Assembly (NCBI GenBank): GCA_965228475.1
Contig: OZ245817.1
Location: forward strand, 3,936,001 to 4,000,000
Direction: 5' to 3'
DNA: 64,000 bases
Source of the DNA: Myxococcota bacterium
GTDB lineage: Bacteria > Myxococcota_A > UBA9160 > JAFDDA01
Part shown: one piece after another, positions 35,293 through 45,498 of the stretch
How positions within the stretch are numbered: the first letter of the stretch is position 1
How the letters are laid out: every line of letters starts with the position of its first letter
Made by a program: the position numbers and the translations under genes
Notes under the pieces: model-generated
Told to the model about the DNA's origin: nothing
Databases searched by the model: none
The model's input: the letters and a program-made list of their open reading frames with translations, nothing else

Positions 35293-38037
35293 TCAATCGA
35301 TCCGGCTGGTGTTCTCGACGAGCCGCCGGGCCTGGATCTTGTTCAGGTTGTAGAGGATCGTCGCCGCGATGCGCGGGTGGCGGCGGCGCACGCGGTCGAG
35401 ATCGTCCTCGTCGAAGACGAGGAGCCTCGCCGCCGTCTCGGTATCCACGTCGGCGGAGCGCTTGCGCTGGAAGAGCGCGACCTCGCCGAGCACGTCGCCC
35501 CGCTTCATGTGCGAGAGCGTCGTGCGCTCGCCGTCGCGTTCGAGCGAGGCGACGAGCGAGCCGTCGATGATCACGAACATCTCGCTGCCCTCTTCCCCCT
35601 CGGTGATCAGCCGCTCGCCGGCCTCGATCTCACGCACCTCGGAGAGCAGGGCGAAGATCCGCGCCTGGCGTGGACGCAGGCCGCGGAAGAGCGGGATCGT
35701 TTCGTTCGGCGCGCGGCCGAGGTCGAGCGTCAGCGCGTCCCAGAGGGTCACGATCTTCACGCCCGAGGCCAGCGCCGGGGTCAACGTGACGTCGACGAGC
35801 CAGGCCACGGCCAGGGTGAAGGCCGCGAGCATGCCGAAGTCGGCCTGGCTCTGGAGCTCGCTCGAGAGCAGGACGCCGAAGCCGAGGCACAGGCCGAGCG
35901 TCGTGAACGTCACCGGCCCGATGACGTCGCGAAGCGCTTCTCCGGTGGCGGCATGTTCGTCGGCCAGCCGCTTCGCATCGGCATTGAAGCGCGCGAGGTA
36001 GTGGACGGTGTCGTCGACGGCGATGCCGAGGGCGATGCAGGCGATGAGGCTCGTCGAGGGGTTCAGCGTGATTCCGGTGAAGCCGAGGGCGCCGAAGTAC
36101 GCGGCGATCGGCAGGACGTTCGGGAAGAGCGCGAGCAGGCCGATGCGCAGCGAGGTGAACATCGTCGCCAGGATCACGTAGATCACCAGGAGGGCCAGGC
36201 CGAGGCTCTGGGCCTGCCCGCGCACGATGTCGTCGAGGGTGCGGTTCAGGAGCACGATCTCTCCCGTCACGGTGGCGTCGACGTAGTCCGGGAGCGTCGC
36301 CACGTGCGCCTCGACCCGCGCGACGAGATCCGTCACCGCCTCGGAGTTCGGCGCCCGGGCGCGGACGAAGACGTTCACCGCGCCGAACCCCCGCTCGACG
36401 AAGGACCACGCTTCGTCGTTCGATCCGAACAGGAAGATCTGCTTCGTGGCGTTCTTGCTCGGCGGCAGGCGATAGGCGGCCGGGTCGCCGTCGTTCATCT
36501 CCCGGTGCAGGAGCATCAGGTAGTCCGCGAAGGACGTCGTGGTCGCGATCTCGGGCTGGGCTTCGAGCCACTCCTGGAGCCCCTTCACCACCGCGAGATG
36601 CTCCGGGTCGAGGAAGGCCTCGGGGACGCTGCTCTCGAGCACGATGTAGAACGGCTCGGAGCCGCGGAAGCGCTCGCCGATCGCCTCGTAGTCCGCCCGC
36701 ACCACGGAGTCCGCCTCGAAGTTCTCGACGTACTCCGTACCGACGTGGATGCGGGTCATGCCGAAGACGGCGAGGCCGAGGGCCAGCCCGCCCGCGGTGA
36801 GGACCGCGGTGCGGTGCTTCAGGTCGAAGACGGCCAGCCGGTCCGCGGCGCGCAGGAGCGCGCGGTCGATGCGGCCGTCTTCGCGAAGCCGCGTCGGCCC
36901 GGCGCAGGCCAGCGCCGCGGGCGCGAAGGTCAGCGAGGCCAGGACCGTGAAGGCGACGCCCATCACCGCGAGCACGCCGAATTCGCGGATCGCGGTCATG
37001 TCGTTGGTCGCGAGCGAGAGGAACCCGGCCGCCGTGGTCACGCCCGTGATGAGGACGGGCACGCCCACGTCCTTCAGTGCGGCGAGGACGAGCGCCCTTC
37101 GGTCGGGCGCCCCGGCGGCGTGGCGGAGAGCCGTCCGGTACTCGGACATCACGTGGATCGCGTAGGCGAAGCCCACGGTGGCGACGAGCGGCGGAACGAT
37201 CGCCGTCACCAGGTTCAGGGACCAGCCGAGGAAGGCCGCGAAGCCGAGGGTCCAGACGAGCGCGACGGCGATCGTCGCGAGCGGCACCACGACCCCCACC
37301 GCCGAGCGGAACGCCAGGACCAGCACGCCCGCCGCGGCGAGGAAGACGAGCGGCAGGGTGCGGAGGAGATCCGCCTGGAGTGCGCGATTCAGCGCCACCT
37401 TCACGACGGGCGTCCCCGTCACCCGCGCGAGGAGCGGCCCGCGCTCCGCTTCGAGGACCGCGGCGATCTCCCGGTCGATGCTTCGCGCGACGAGCTCCCG
37501 GTCCGGGATCTCGTCGAAGTAGACGAGGATCGCGGCGGCCTTGGCGTCGGGGCTCGCGAGCAGGCCTTCGTAGATGGGATTGCGCGCGAGCGCCTCCCGA
37601 ACGGCCGCCGCCTCCTCGGGCGTCTGCGGCGCCGGCTCGAGGAAGCCCTCGATCCGCAGGTCGCCCTCGACGCCGCGCACGTCGAGGGCGGTCGAGAGCG
37701 AGAGCACCCGCGCCACGCCGTCGAGCGCCGCGAGCCCTTCGCTCACGCGGGCGACCCGCGCGAGCGCGTCCGGCGCGAAGATGCTGCCGGACGGCTCCTG
37801 CGCCTCGAGCGTCACGAGCACGATCTCGTCGTTCCCGAACCGCTGCCGGACGCTCTCGTAGAAGGCGACCTCCGGGTCGTCGCCCGGAAGCAGGCGATGG
37901 ATCGACGGGTCGACCCACAGACGGAGCGCCCCGGTCCGGAAATCGACCAGGCCGTGGAGCGCGATCAGGGTCAGGGCGCCGACGGCCGCCAGCACGAGCC
38001 GCGGGCGGGATGCGACGAGGGTGAACAGTCGGTTCAA
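35293..38037 (-). CDS. MMPL/RND family transporter with C-terminal cyclic-nucleotide-binding domain
   Basis: Two MMPL halves (TTAAGFLSL; GIAVDDTVH); C-terminal cNMP motifs EGEEGSEMF, GDVLGEVAL and RSADV; TTG start approximate. Confidence 0.88.
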   Translation of the reverse strand: MNRLFTLVASRPRLVLAAVGALTLIALHGLVDFRTGALRLWVDPSIHRLLPGDDPEVAFYESVRQRFGNDEIVLVTLEAQEPSGSIFAPDALARVARVSEGLAALDGVARVLSLSTALDVRGVEGDLRIEGFLEPAPQTPEEAAAVREALARNPIYEGLLASPDAKAAAILVYFDEIPDRELVARSIDREIAAVLEAERGPLLARVTGTPVVKVALNRALQADLLRTLPLVFLAAAGVLVLAFRSAVGVVVPLATIAVALVWTLGFAAFLGWSLNLVTAIVPPLVATVGFAYAIHVMSEYRTALRHAAGAPDRRALVLAALKDVGVPVLITGVTTAAGFLSLATNDMTAIREFGVLAVMGVAFTVLASLTFAPAALACAGPTRLREDGRIDRALLRAADRLAVFDLKHRTAVLTAGGLALGLAVFGMTRIHVGTEYVENFEADSVVRADYEAIGERFRGSEPFYIVLESSVPEAFLDPEHLAVVKGLQEWLEAQPEIATTTSFADYLMLLHREMNDGDPAAYRLPPSKNATKQIFLFGSNDEAWSFVERGFGAVNVFVRARAPNSEAVTDLVARVEAHVATLPDYVDATVTGEIVLLNRTLDDIVRGQAQSLGLALLVIYVILATMFTSLRIGLLALFPNVLPIAAYFGALGFTGITLNPSTSLIACIALGIAVDDTVHYLARFNADAKRLADEHAATGEALRDVIGPVTFTTLGLCLGFGVLLSSELQSQADFGMLAAFTLAVAWLVDVTLTPALASGVKIVTLWDALTLDLGRAPNETIPLFRGLRPRQARIFALLSEVREIEAGERLITEGEEGSEMFVIIDGSLVASLERDGERTTLSHMKRGDVLGEVALFQRKRSADVDTETAARLLVFDEDDLDRVRRRHPRIAATILYNLNKIQARRLVENTSRID

Positions 38038-38127
38038 GGAACGGCTCCGGGCGCCCGGCTCGGCGGGTCGCCCAACCTTACGCGAAACCACGGATTTTTG
38101 AGCCGGAACCTGGGTCCTGGGCGTCGG

Positions 38128-38163
38128 TTGACGATCATAGTCATCACTCTTATAGTAGTGACT
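38128..38163 (+). promoter_or_regulatory. Sigma70-type promoter with overlapping inverted repeat upstream of the merR-men operon
   Basis: TTGACG, 17 nt, TATAGT; imperfect inverted repeat AGTCATCACT-CTTAT-AGTAGTGACT at 38139-38163. Confidence 0.7.
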
Positions 38164-38166
38164 CTC

Positions 38167-38937
38167 ATGAAAGAACCGCGAGAATACCGGGTGGAGGAGC
38201 TGGCGGCGGCCGCGGGGGTCGGGGTCGACACGCTCCGCTTCTATCAGGCCCGCGGACTGCTTCCTTCGCCTGCGCGGGTCGGCCGGCGGGCCGTCTACGG
38301 CGAGCGTCACCTCGAGCGCCTGCAGCGGGTCCGCGAACTCCAACAGCAGGGCTTCTCCCTCGCCCAGATCGCGCGCCTCGTCGAACGGCCCAAGGCCCGC
38401 GCCGAGGCTCCACTCCTTCGCGCACTCGTGGAAGAAGGCGGCGGTGGTGGACGCAGGCTCACCCGGGCCGAACTCGCCGCGGAAGCCGGCGTCCCGGAGG
38501 CGCTCGTGCGCGCGGTCGAAGCCTCGGGCATCGCGGAACCGCTCGGCGTGGGAGACGAAGCCACCTTCGGCGAAGCGGACCTCGACATGGCCCGCGCCGC
38601 GATGCGCGTGCTCGAAGCCGGTTTCCCGCTCACCACGCTGATGCAGCTGGCCTTGCGCCACGCGCACGAAGTGAACGAGACCTGCGAAGCGGCCATCGAC
38701 CTCTTCGACGAGCACGTCCGCCGGGCCGGCCCCGCGGAAGACGACCCGGACGCCATCACCGAAGCCTTCCGAACGCTCCTGCCCCAGGTGACGCGCCTGG
38801 TCGCCCTGCACTTCCAGAGGACCCTGGTGAACCGGGCCCTCGAACGCCTTTCGGGAAGCGACGACGCCGACGCGCTCGCCGCTGCCCGAGCCGCCACCGA
38901 AGCCGCCCGTCTGGAGGTCGCCGTCCGTTGGCGCTAG
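38167..38937 (+). CDS. MerR family transcriptional regulator (two HTH-like segments)
   Basis: YRVEELAAAAGVGVDTLRFYQARGLL; second segment LTRAELAAEAGVPEALVRAVEASGI. Confidence 0.9.
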   Translation: MKEPREYRVEELAAAAGVGVDTLRFYQARGLLPSPARVGRRAVYGERHLERLQRVRELQQQGFSLAQIARLVERPKARAEAPLLRALVEEGGGGGRRLTRAELAAEAGVPEALVRAVEASGIAEPLGVGDEATFGEADLDMARAAMRVLEAGFPLTTLMQLALRHAHEVNETCEAAIDLFDEHVRRAGPAEDDPDAITEAFRTLLPQVTRLVALHFQRTLVNRALERLSGSDDADALAAARAATEAARLEVAVRWR

Positions 38938-39650
38938 AGGCACTTCCGGCCCCAAGCGAAAAACGCCGGGCCGTCCGCGCGATGTTCGACCGCATCGCTC
39001 CCCGCTACGACCGCATGAACCGCTTGCTCACCGCCGGGCTCGACCAGCGCTGGCGCCGGGAAGCGCTCGACCTGGTCGCCGTCGGCCCCGGGGACCGGCT
39101 CGTGGACGTCGCGTGCGGTACGGGCGACCTCTCGGAGCTCGCCGCCGCGCGCGGGGCCCGGGTGCTCGGCGCCGACTTCGCCCTCGAGATGCTGCGCGGC
39201 GCCGAGCGGCGCCGGGTCGACGCCGGGCTCGTTCTCGCGGACGGCGCGAGGCTCCCGCTCGCCGACGGCGCCGCCACCGTCGCCACCTGCGGGTTCGCCC
39301 TGCGGAACTTCGAGGCGCTGCCGCCGGTCTTCGCCGAGATGGCACGCGTGCTCGAGCCGGGCGGGCGGCTCGCGATCCTCGAAGTCGACCGCCCGCGCTC
39401 GCGCTGGCTGCGCGCGGGCCACGGTTTCTACTTCGACCGGGTGGTCCCGTTCGTCGGCGGCCTGCTCTCGGACCGCCGGGCCTACGCCTATCTCCCCCAG
39501 TCGACGGTCTACCTGCCCGAGCCCGAGGTGGTCTCGGCCTGGCTCGAGGCCGCGGGGTTCGAGCGCGTCGAGCGGCGCGTCCGGGGATTCGGCGCGGTCC
39601 AGATCCTGACCGCGATCCGAACGGAGGAGGCCGCGCCGTGCGCTACCTGA
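38928..39650 (+). CDS. menG: Demethylmenaquinone methyltransferase (UbiE/MenG)
   Basis: VRAMFDRIAPRYDRMN, DVACGTGD and FALRN; men operon context. Confidence 0.9.
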   Translation: MALEALPAPSEKRRAVRAMFDRIAPRYDRMNRLLTAGLDQRWRREALDLVAVGPGDRLVDVACGTGDLSELAAARGARVLGADFALEMLRGAERRRVDAGLVLADGARLPLADGAATVATCGFALRNFEALPPVFAEMARVLEPGGRLAILEVDRPRSRWLRAGHGFYFDRVVPFVGGLLSDRRAYAYLPQSTVYLPEPEVVSAWLEAAGFERVERRVRGFGAVQILTAIRTEEAAPCAT

Positions 39651-40954
39651 TGCTCGCGCGGCGGGTCCCGGCCCTCGACGCGCTGCACGCGTGGGCGGCG
39701 GCGCCAGCGGGCGACGCGTTCTACCTCGAACATCCCGCCGAGGGGACGGCCCGGCTCGCCCTCGGCCGGCGCGCGACGATCACCGCCTCCGGGCCCGAGC
39801 GCTTCGAGAGCTGCGCGCGCGGCGGCCACGAACTCCTTTCCCGCATCGAACGATGCGGCGACCCCGGGGCGCCCGACCCGTTCCTCGCCGGGGGTTTCGC
39901 CTTCGCCGACGGCCCGGCCCGAGCGCCCTGGCGCCGCTTCCCGAGTGCCGAGTGGGTCCTTCCGGAGCGCGCCCTTCTCCGCCGCGGCGAAGAGACCTGG
40001 CTGACCGCGACGGCGCCGCTTCGCGATGGCCCCGCGAAGCGCCAGCAGGAAGCCCTCAATGCGGTCGTGGAAGACTGGCGTCGGCGGATCGAGGTGACCC
40101 GTCTCTTGCCGGCGGAACCGGCGGCGCCCCTGCACCGCGTCGTTGCGGACGAAGCGCCGGCCGGCTTCATGGAACGCGTCGAGGACGCCCTCGCCGCGAT
40201 CGCGGAGGGCGAGGCCGAGAAGCTGGTCCTGGCGCGTGGGATCCGGGTCGAACGCGAACACGGCTTCGACCGGACGGCGCTTCTCGCGGAGCTGCGTGAG
40301 CACGCGCCCTCGAGCGCCACCTTCGCCGTCGCGCGCGGCGGAACCTGCTTCCTCGGCGCGACGCCCGAGCGGCTTCTCCGGCGCCGGGGCCTCGAGGCGG
40401 AGTCCATGGCGCTCGCGGGAACGATGCCCCGAGGCCGCAACCCGGAGGAAGACGCCGAGTTCGCCCGCCGCCTGCGCGAGAGCAAGAAGGAGCAGGAGGA
40501 GCACGCGGTGGTCGTGCGCTTTCTGCGCGAGCAGCTCTCGCAGGAAGCGGAAGACGTCACGGCACTCGAAGCGCCGGAGATCCTGCCGCTCGAAGCGATG
40601 CAGCACCTGAAGACGCGGGTCTCGGCGCGGCTCGAGCGGCCCGTTCCCCTCCTCCGCCTCGCGGGCCGGCTCCATCCGACCCCGGCCACGGCGGGCATGC
40701 CGCGCAGCGAGGCGCTCGCCTGGCTGCGGCGCAACGAACCGCTCGAGCGGGGCTGGTACGCGGGCCCGCTCGGCTTCACGGACGCGAACGGCGATGGCGA
40801 ACTCTGGGTCGCGCTCCGCTGCGGCCTCCTGCGCGAAGCCCGGGCGCACCTGTTCGCGGGCGTGGGCATCGTCGCCGGCTCGCAGCCGGGCGCCGAGCTG
40901 CGCGAGACCCGCCTGAAGTTCGGAACCCTCCTCTCGCGCCTGCTCGAGGTCTGA
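39638..40954 (+). CDS. menF: Isochorismate synthase
   Basis: KLVLAR, FLGATPERL, ALAGT, KEQEEH, LHPTPA, RGWYAG and ETRLK; GGAGGAGG RBS. Confidence 0.92.
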   Translation: MRYLMLARRVPALDALHAWAAAPAGDAFYLEHPAEGTARLALGRRATITASGPERFESCARGGHELLSRIERCGDPGAPDPFLAGGFAFADGPARAPWRRFPSAEWVLPERALLRRGEETWLTATAPLRDGPAKRQQEALNAVVEDWRRRIEVTRLLPAEPAAPLHRVVADEAPAGFMERVEDALAAIAEGEAEKLVLARGIRVEREHGFDRTALLAELREHAPSSATFAVARGGTCFLGATPERLLRRRGLEAESMALAGTMPRGRNPEEDAEFARRLRESKKEQEEHAVVVRFLREQLSQEAEDVTALEAPEILPLEAMQHLKTRVSARLERPVPLLRLAGRLHPTPATAGMPRSEALAWLRRNEPLERGWYAGPLGFTDANGDGELWVALRCGLLREARAHLFAGVGIVAGSQPGAELRETRLKFGTLLSRLLEV

Positions 40955-40956
40955 GC

Positions 40957-42720
40957 ATGTTCGAAACCCGGGCGGCTTCGCCCTCCGACGAATCCCCGGC
41001 CGGCGCCTTCGCGGCCGCGCTGGTGGACGAACTCGCGACCCACGGCGTCCGCGAGGCATGCATCGCTCCGGGCTCCCGATCGACACCGCTCGCGCTGGCC
41101 TGCTACCGCCATCCGGGCATCCGGGTGCACGTCCACCTCGACGAGCGCAGCGCTGGCTTCTTCGCGCTCGGGCTCGCAAAGGCGTCGCGCGTGCCCGTGG
41201 CGGTCGTCTGCACCTCCGGCACGGCGGCGGCGAACCTTCTCCCGGCGGTCGTCGAAGCGGATCTCGGCCGGGTCCCCCTCGTCGTGCTCACCGCGGACCG
41301 CCCTCCCGAACTCCAGGACTGGGGCGCCGCGCAGACCATCGACCAGAAGCACCTGTTCGGGCGCCACGCGCGCTGGTTCGCCGACGCGCCGGTTCCGGAT
41401 GGCACCTCGGGCGTGTTCCGGACGGCCGCGGCGCTCGGCGCACGGGCGGCCGTGGTTGCCGCCGGGAGCCCTGCCGGCGCCGTCCACCTGAACCTGCCCT
41501 TCCGCGAGCCGCTGGCTTCGCCGCCACCCCCGGAAGACGCGCGGCGCTCGGGTCTGGAGGGGCACTCGGCGCGAGAATGGCGCGCCGGCCCGGGCGTCGA
41601 CCCGGAGGCCATCGCGCTCCTGCACGAACTCTCCCGCGAACACGAACACGGGCTGATCCTCTGTGGCCCGCTCGACGAACCCGACGCCGCCGACGCCATC
41701 GCGGATCTGGCCGCGCGAATCGGGTGGCCGGTACTCGCCGACCCGGCGAGCCAGCTTCGCTGCGGTCCCCACGCCGGGGCCGACGTCCTCGGTCACGCCG
41801 ACCTGCTGCTCGGAACGGACGCGTTCTCGAACCTTCGGCCCTCGGTCGTCCTGCGTTTCGGTGCTCCGATGACGAGCAAGGCCATCACCCGATGGCTCCT
41901 CGCCCACCCGCCCGAGCACGACGTCCGCGTCGACCTCCCGGGCGCGTTCCGGGACCCCGACCATACGGCGACGGACTACGTGCGCGGCTCGGCCGCGGAG
42001 GTCGCGGGAAGTCTCGCGCGCCGATGGTTCGAACCGCGCAAGCCATCGGCCTTCGCCGCCGCGTTCGCACGGGCGGACCGGATCGCCGAACGGACTCTCG
42101 AAGAGGCGCTCGACGCCGGCCCCGCGTTCCTCGCCGCCGGCGTCGCCCGCGCCCTCGGCGCCGCGCTCCCGCCCTGCGAGCAGCTCTATGCCGCGAGCAG
42201 CATGGCCATCCGGGATCTCGACGCCTTCCTCCCGAAGCGGGCGCAGCCCCTTCGCGTTCTCGCGAACCGGGGCGCGAACGGCATCGATGGCCTCGTCTCG
42301 AGCGCGCTCGGTGCCGCGTACGCCGGCCCGACCACCCTGCTCACCGGCGATCTCGGTTTCCTCCACGACGCGAGCGGCCTTCTCCGCGCTGGCCCCTCGC
42401 AGGTCCCCCTCGTGATCGTCGTCTTGAACGACGATGGGGGGGGGATCTTTTCCTACCTGCCCGCCGCCGGAATCGTCGAGCCCGAAGCGTTCGAGACCCT
42501 CTTCCGGACCCCACATGGCCGCGACCTCGGCGCCCTCTGCCGCGGGTTCGGCCTGCCGCACGCCCGCGTCGACTCACGCGGCGCCTTCCTCGAAGCCTTC
42601 GAAGCGGCTCGGGGAGCGGGCGGACCCGCAGTCGTCGAAGTCCCGATCGACGCCGAAGCGAACGTCGCCGAACACCGCACTCTCCGAGCGAGGGTCGCCC
42701 GCGCGCTGGCCTCCGGATGA
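40957..42720 (+). CDS. menD: SEPHCHC synthase (ThDP-dependent)
   Basis: PGSRSTPL, DERSAGFFALG, TSGTAAAN, NRGANGIDG, GDLGFLHD and NDDGGGIF. Confidence 0.96.
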   Translation: MFETRAASPSDESPAGAFAAALVDELATHGVREACIAPGSRSTPLALACYRHPGIRVHVHLDERSAGFFALGLAKASRVPVAVVCTSGTAAANLLPAVVEADLGRVPLVVLTADRPPELQDWGAAQTIDQKHLFGRHARWFADAPVPDGTSGVFRTAAALGARAAVVAAGSPAGAVHLNLPFREPLASPPPPEDARRSGLEGHSAREWRAGPGVDPEAIALLHELSREHEHGLILCGPLDEPDAADAIADLAARIGWPVLADPASQLRCGPHAGADVLGHADLLLGTDAFSNLRPSVVLRFGAPMTSKAITRWLLAHPPEHDVRVDLPGAFRDPDHTATDYVRGSAAEVAGSLARRWFEPRKPSAFAAAFARADRIAERTLEEALDAGPAFLAAGVARALGAALPPCEQLYAASSMAIRDLDAFLPKRAQPLRVLANRGANGIDGLVSSALGAAYAGPTTLLTGDLGFLHDASGLLRAGPSQVPLVIVVLNDDGGGIFSYLPAAGIVEPEAFETLFRTPHGRDLGALCRGFGLPHARVDSRGAFLEAFEAARGAGGPAVVEVPIDAEANVAEHRTLRARVARALASG

Positions 42721-43571
42721 GAAAGGAAGCCATCCGGGTCGACGGGATTTCGCTGTGGGTGGAGAGCGAAGGCGAAGGCACGCCGCTCGTCCTGCTCCAC
42801 GGGTTCACGGGAACGAGCCGGACGATGCGCGAGACGGCCGAGCGCTTTCCCGGTTTCCGAACGATCCGCCTCGACCTGCTCGGCCACGGCCGAAGCGATG
42901 CCCCCGGCGAGACCGCACCCTATGCGATGGAACGCTGCGCATCCCAGGTCGCGGGCGTGATCAACGAAGTGTGCGGCGAGCCGGCGCACGTGCTCGGCTA
43001 CTCGATGGGCGCTCGTGTCGCCCTGGCCCTCGCCTGCTTCCAGCCGGCGTCCGTCCGGTCGGCGATCCTCGTCGGCGGCCGGGCAGGCTTTGCGGACGCG
43101 ACGGAGCGCCAGCAACGCATCGCCGCGGACGAGGCCCTGGCCGACCGCATCGAACGCGACGGCATCGAGCCCTTCGTCGATCGTTGGATGGCGCTGCCGC
43201 TGTTCGCGAGCCAGGCGCGGCTCGGCGAGGCGTTCCTCGCCCGGGCCCGGCGCGGCCGGCTGGCCCAGCGCCCGCACGGCCTGGCCGGCTCCCTGCGCGG
43301 CATGGGCGCCGGCGCGCAGCCGCCTCTGCACGATCGTCTGACGCGCGTGAAGTCGCCGGTCCTCGTCGCGGTCGGCAGCGAAGACGAGCGGTTCGCTCCC
43401 GTGGCCCGCGACCTCGCGGACCGCCTGCCGCAGGGTCGGCTCGCCATCGTGCCCGATGCCGGCCACGCGGCGCATCTCGAGAACCCGGAAGCCTTTGCAC
43501 GAATCGCGTCGGCCTTCCTCGCCGATGCGACCTCCCTTGCACGAGGCGACGAGGAAGCGGTGGCGTCATGA
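42717..43571 (+). CDS. menH: SHCHC synthase (alpha/beta hydrolase)
   Basis: LLHGFTG, GYSMGAR, W..LPLFASQ and GHAAHLE; directly after menD. Confidence 0.9.
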   Translation: MRKEAIRVDGISLWVESEGEGTPLVLLHGFTGTSRTMRETAERFPGFRTIRLDLLGHGRSDAPGETAPYAMERCASQVAGVINEVCGEPAHVLGYSMGARVALALACFQPASVRSAILVGGRAGFADATERQQRIAADEALADRIERDGIEPFVDRWMALPLFASQARLGEAFLARARRGRLAQRPHGLAGSLRGMGAGAQPPLHDRLTRVKSPVLVAVGSEDERFAPVARDLADRLPQGRLAIVPDAGHAAHLENPEAFARIASAFLADATSLARGDEEAVAS

Positions 43572-44446
43572 GCCCGGCCCCCGGGCGATGGCACGCGTGG
43601 TGGATCGCCGCGAGGCCGCGGACCCTGCCGCTCGCCGCGGCTCCGGTCGCGGTGGGCACCGCCCTGGCGATCGCCGACGGTTCGTGGGCGCCGGCGCTCG
43701 CGATCGCCGCCCTCGTCGGCGCACTCCTGCTCCAGATCGGCGCGAACCTCGCGAACGATGCCTTCGATCATCTCCGGGGTGCGGACGGACCGGCCCGGCT
43801 CGGTCCCACACGTGCCGCGGCTTCGGGCTTGATCTCGCCGCGCGCCCTGCTCTTCGCGACGGCGGGGGTCTTCGCCGCGGCGGCCGCTGCCGGGGTCTAC
43901 CTGGCCCAGGCCACCGGCTGGCCCGTGATCGCCATCGGCGCGGGCGGGATCGTCGCGGCGGTGGGCTACGTCGGCCCCGGTGCCTATGGCTACCGCGGCC
44001 TCGGCGATCTCGCCGTCTTCGTGTTCTTCGGACTCGTGGCGGTGGTCGGAACGTACTGGGTCCTGGCCGGAAGCGTCCGCCCGGACGCGTGGCTCGCCGC
44101 CGTGCCGGTCGGGGCCCTCGCGACGGCCGTCCTGGTCGTGAACAACCTCCGGGATCGCACGGAGGACGAGCGCAGCGGAAAGCGAACGCTCGCGGTCACG
44201 CTCGGAGCGAACGGAGCGCGGGCCGAGTACGCGCTGCTCGTCGCCTTCGCCTTCGCCACGGTCTTCGCGCTCGGCTTCCGCAGAGGCCCGGCCCTGCTCC
44301 TGCCGATCCTGCTCGCACCCTGGGCCCTGATCCTCACCCGGCGGGTGTTCTCCCTCGACGGCGCGGCCCTGAACCCGGTCCTCGCCGCGACCGCGGCGCT
44401 GGCCGGCGCCTTCTCGCTGCTGCTCGCGGCCGGCTTCCTGCTGTGA
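43568..44446 (+). CDS. menA: 1,4-dihydroxy-2-naphthoate polyprenyltransferase
   Basis: [15 protein letters not shown] and VNNLRD..ED..GKRTLAV. Confidence 0.93.
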   Translation: MSPAPGRWHAWWIAARPRTLPLAAAPVAVGTALAIADGSWAPALAIAALVGALLLQIGANLANDAFDHLRGADGPARLGPTRAAASGLISPRALLFATAGVFAAAAAAGVYLAQATGWPVIAIGAGGIVAAVGYVGPGAYGYRGLGDLAVFVFFGLVAVVGTYWVLAGSVRPDAWLAAVPVGALATAVLVVNNLRDRTEDERSGKRTLAVTLGANGARAEYALLVAFAFATVFALGFRRGPALLLPILLAPWALILTRRVFSLDGAALNPVLAATAALAGAFSLLLAAGFLL

Positions 44447-45498
44447 AGCTTCGGCACGCGGAAGTGCAGCCCTACCGGCTTCCGCTCTCGCGGCCGCTCG
44501 CGACGTCGCGCGGCCTCGTTCGAGAGCGGTGCGGCGCTCTGCTTCACGTGCAGGAGGAAGGCGGCCAGCGGGGCGTCGGGGAGGCCGCGCCCCTCGCGGG
44601 CTTCGGCGGCGAACCGCTCGAGGAGACGCTGGCGGAACTCGAACGCTTCGCCGCGTCGCTCCCGGGGCGTTCGATCGACGAGGCCGAAGCCGTCGCCCGC
44701 GAGTTCGCACGGCGCGCGCCGGCCGCCTTCGCCGCTGCCGAGACCGCAGCGGCCGACCTGCGCTCCCGGGACGCGGGGCTTCCCCTTGCCGCGTGGCTCG
44801 GCGCGAAGCGGTCCGTCCGCGCGGTTCCGGTGAACGCCCTCCTCGCCGTCGAGCCCGGCGCGGCGTGGATCCCGGCGGCGCGGGCGGCGATCGCCCTGGG
44901 CTTCCGCACGCTGAAGCTGAAGCTCGGCATCCGGCCGTGGCCCGAAGAGATCCGCCGGGTCCGTGAGCTTCGCACGGCGCTGGAGCCCGGCATCGCCCTG
45001 CGCATCGACGTGAACGGGGCATGGCCCGAGACCGAGGCCCGCCGCGCACTCGGGGAGCTCGGCGGCCTCGGCGTGGAGTTCGTCGAGCAGCCCGTAGCCG
45101 CCGAGGCGATCGATGCCATGGCTCGCCTTCGAAAGGAGGCACCGGTCCCGATCGCCGCCGACGAATCCGTTCGCGGGGCGGACTCCGCCCGGCGGCTGCT
45201 CGACGCGGGCGCGGCCGACGTGCTGATCCTGAAGCCCTCCTGGCTCGGCGGGCCACGCGAAACGCTGCGAATCGCGGAGCTCGCACGTGACGAGGACATC
45301 GACGTCGTCGTGACCTCGGCCCTCGACGGCGCGATCGGACGGGCCGCGGCGCTTCACCTCGCGGCCGCCGTCGCGAGCCCGTACGCTGCGGGACTCGCGA
45401 CGGGAGGACTCTTCCGAGCGGACCTCGCCGAGCTCGCGGCACCCAGCCGGGGACGCCTCGCGCTTCCATCGGGTCCAGGCCTGGGCGTCCGGCCGTGA
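44443..45498 (+). CDS. menC: o-succinylbenzoate synthase (enolase superfamily)
   Basis: KLK, RIDVNG, EQP, AADES and ILKP; men operon context. Confidence 0.9.
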   Translation: MKLRHAEVQPYRLPLSRPLATSRGLVRERCGALLHVQEEGGQRGVGEAAPLAGFGGEPLEETLAELERFAASLPGRSIDEAEAVAREFARRAPAAFAAAETAAADLRSRDAGLPLAAWLGAKRSVRAVPVNALLAVEPGAAWIPAARAAIALGFRTLKLKLGIRPWPEEIRRVRELRTALEPGIALRIDVNGAWPETEARRALGELGGLGVEFVEQPVAAEAIDAMARLRKEAPVPIAADESVRGADSARRLLDAGAADVLILKPSWLGGPRETLRIAELARDEDIDVVVTSALDGAIGRAAALHLAAAVASPYAAGLATGGLFRADLAELAAPSRGRLALPSGPGLGVRP

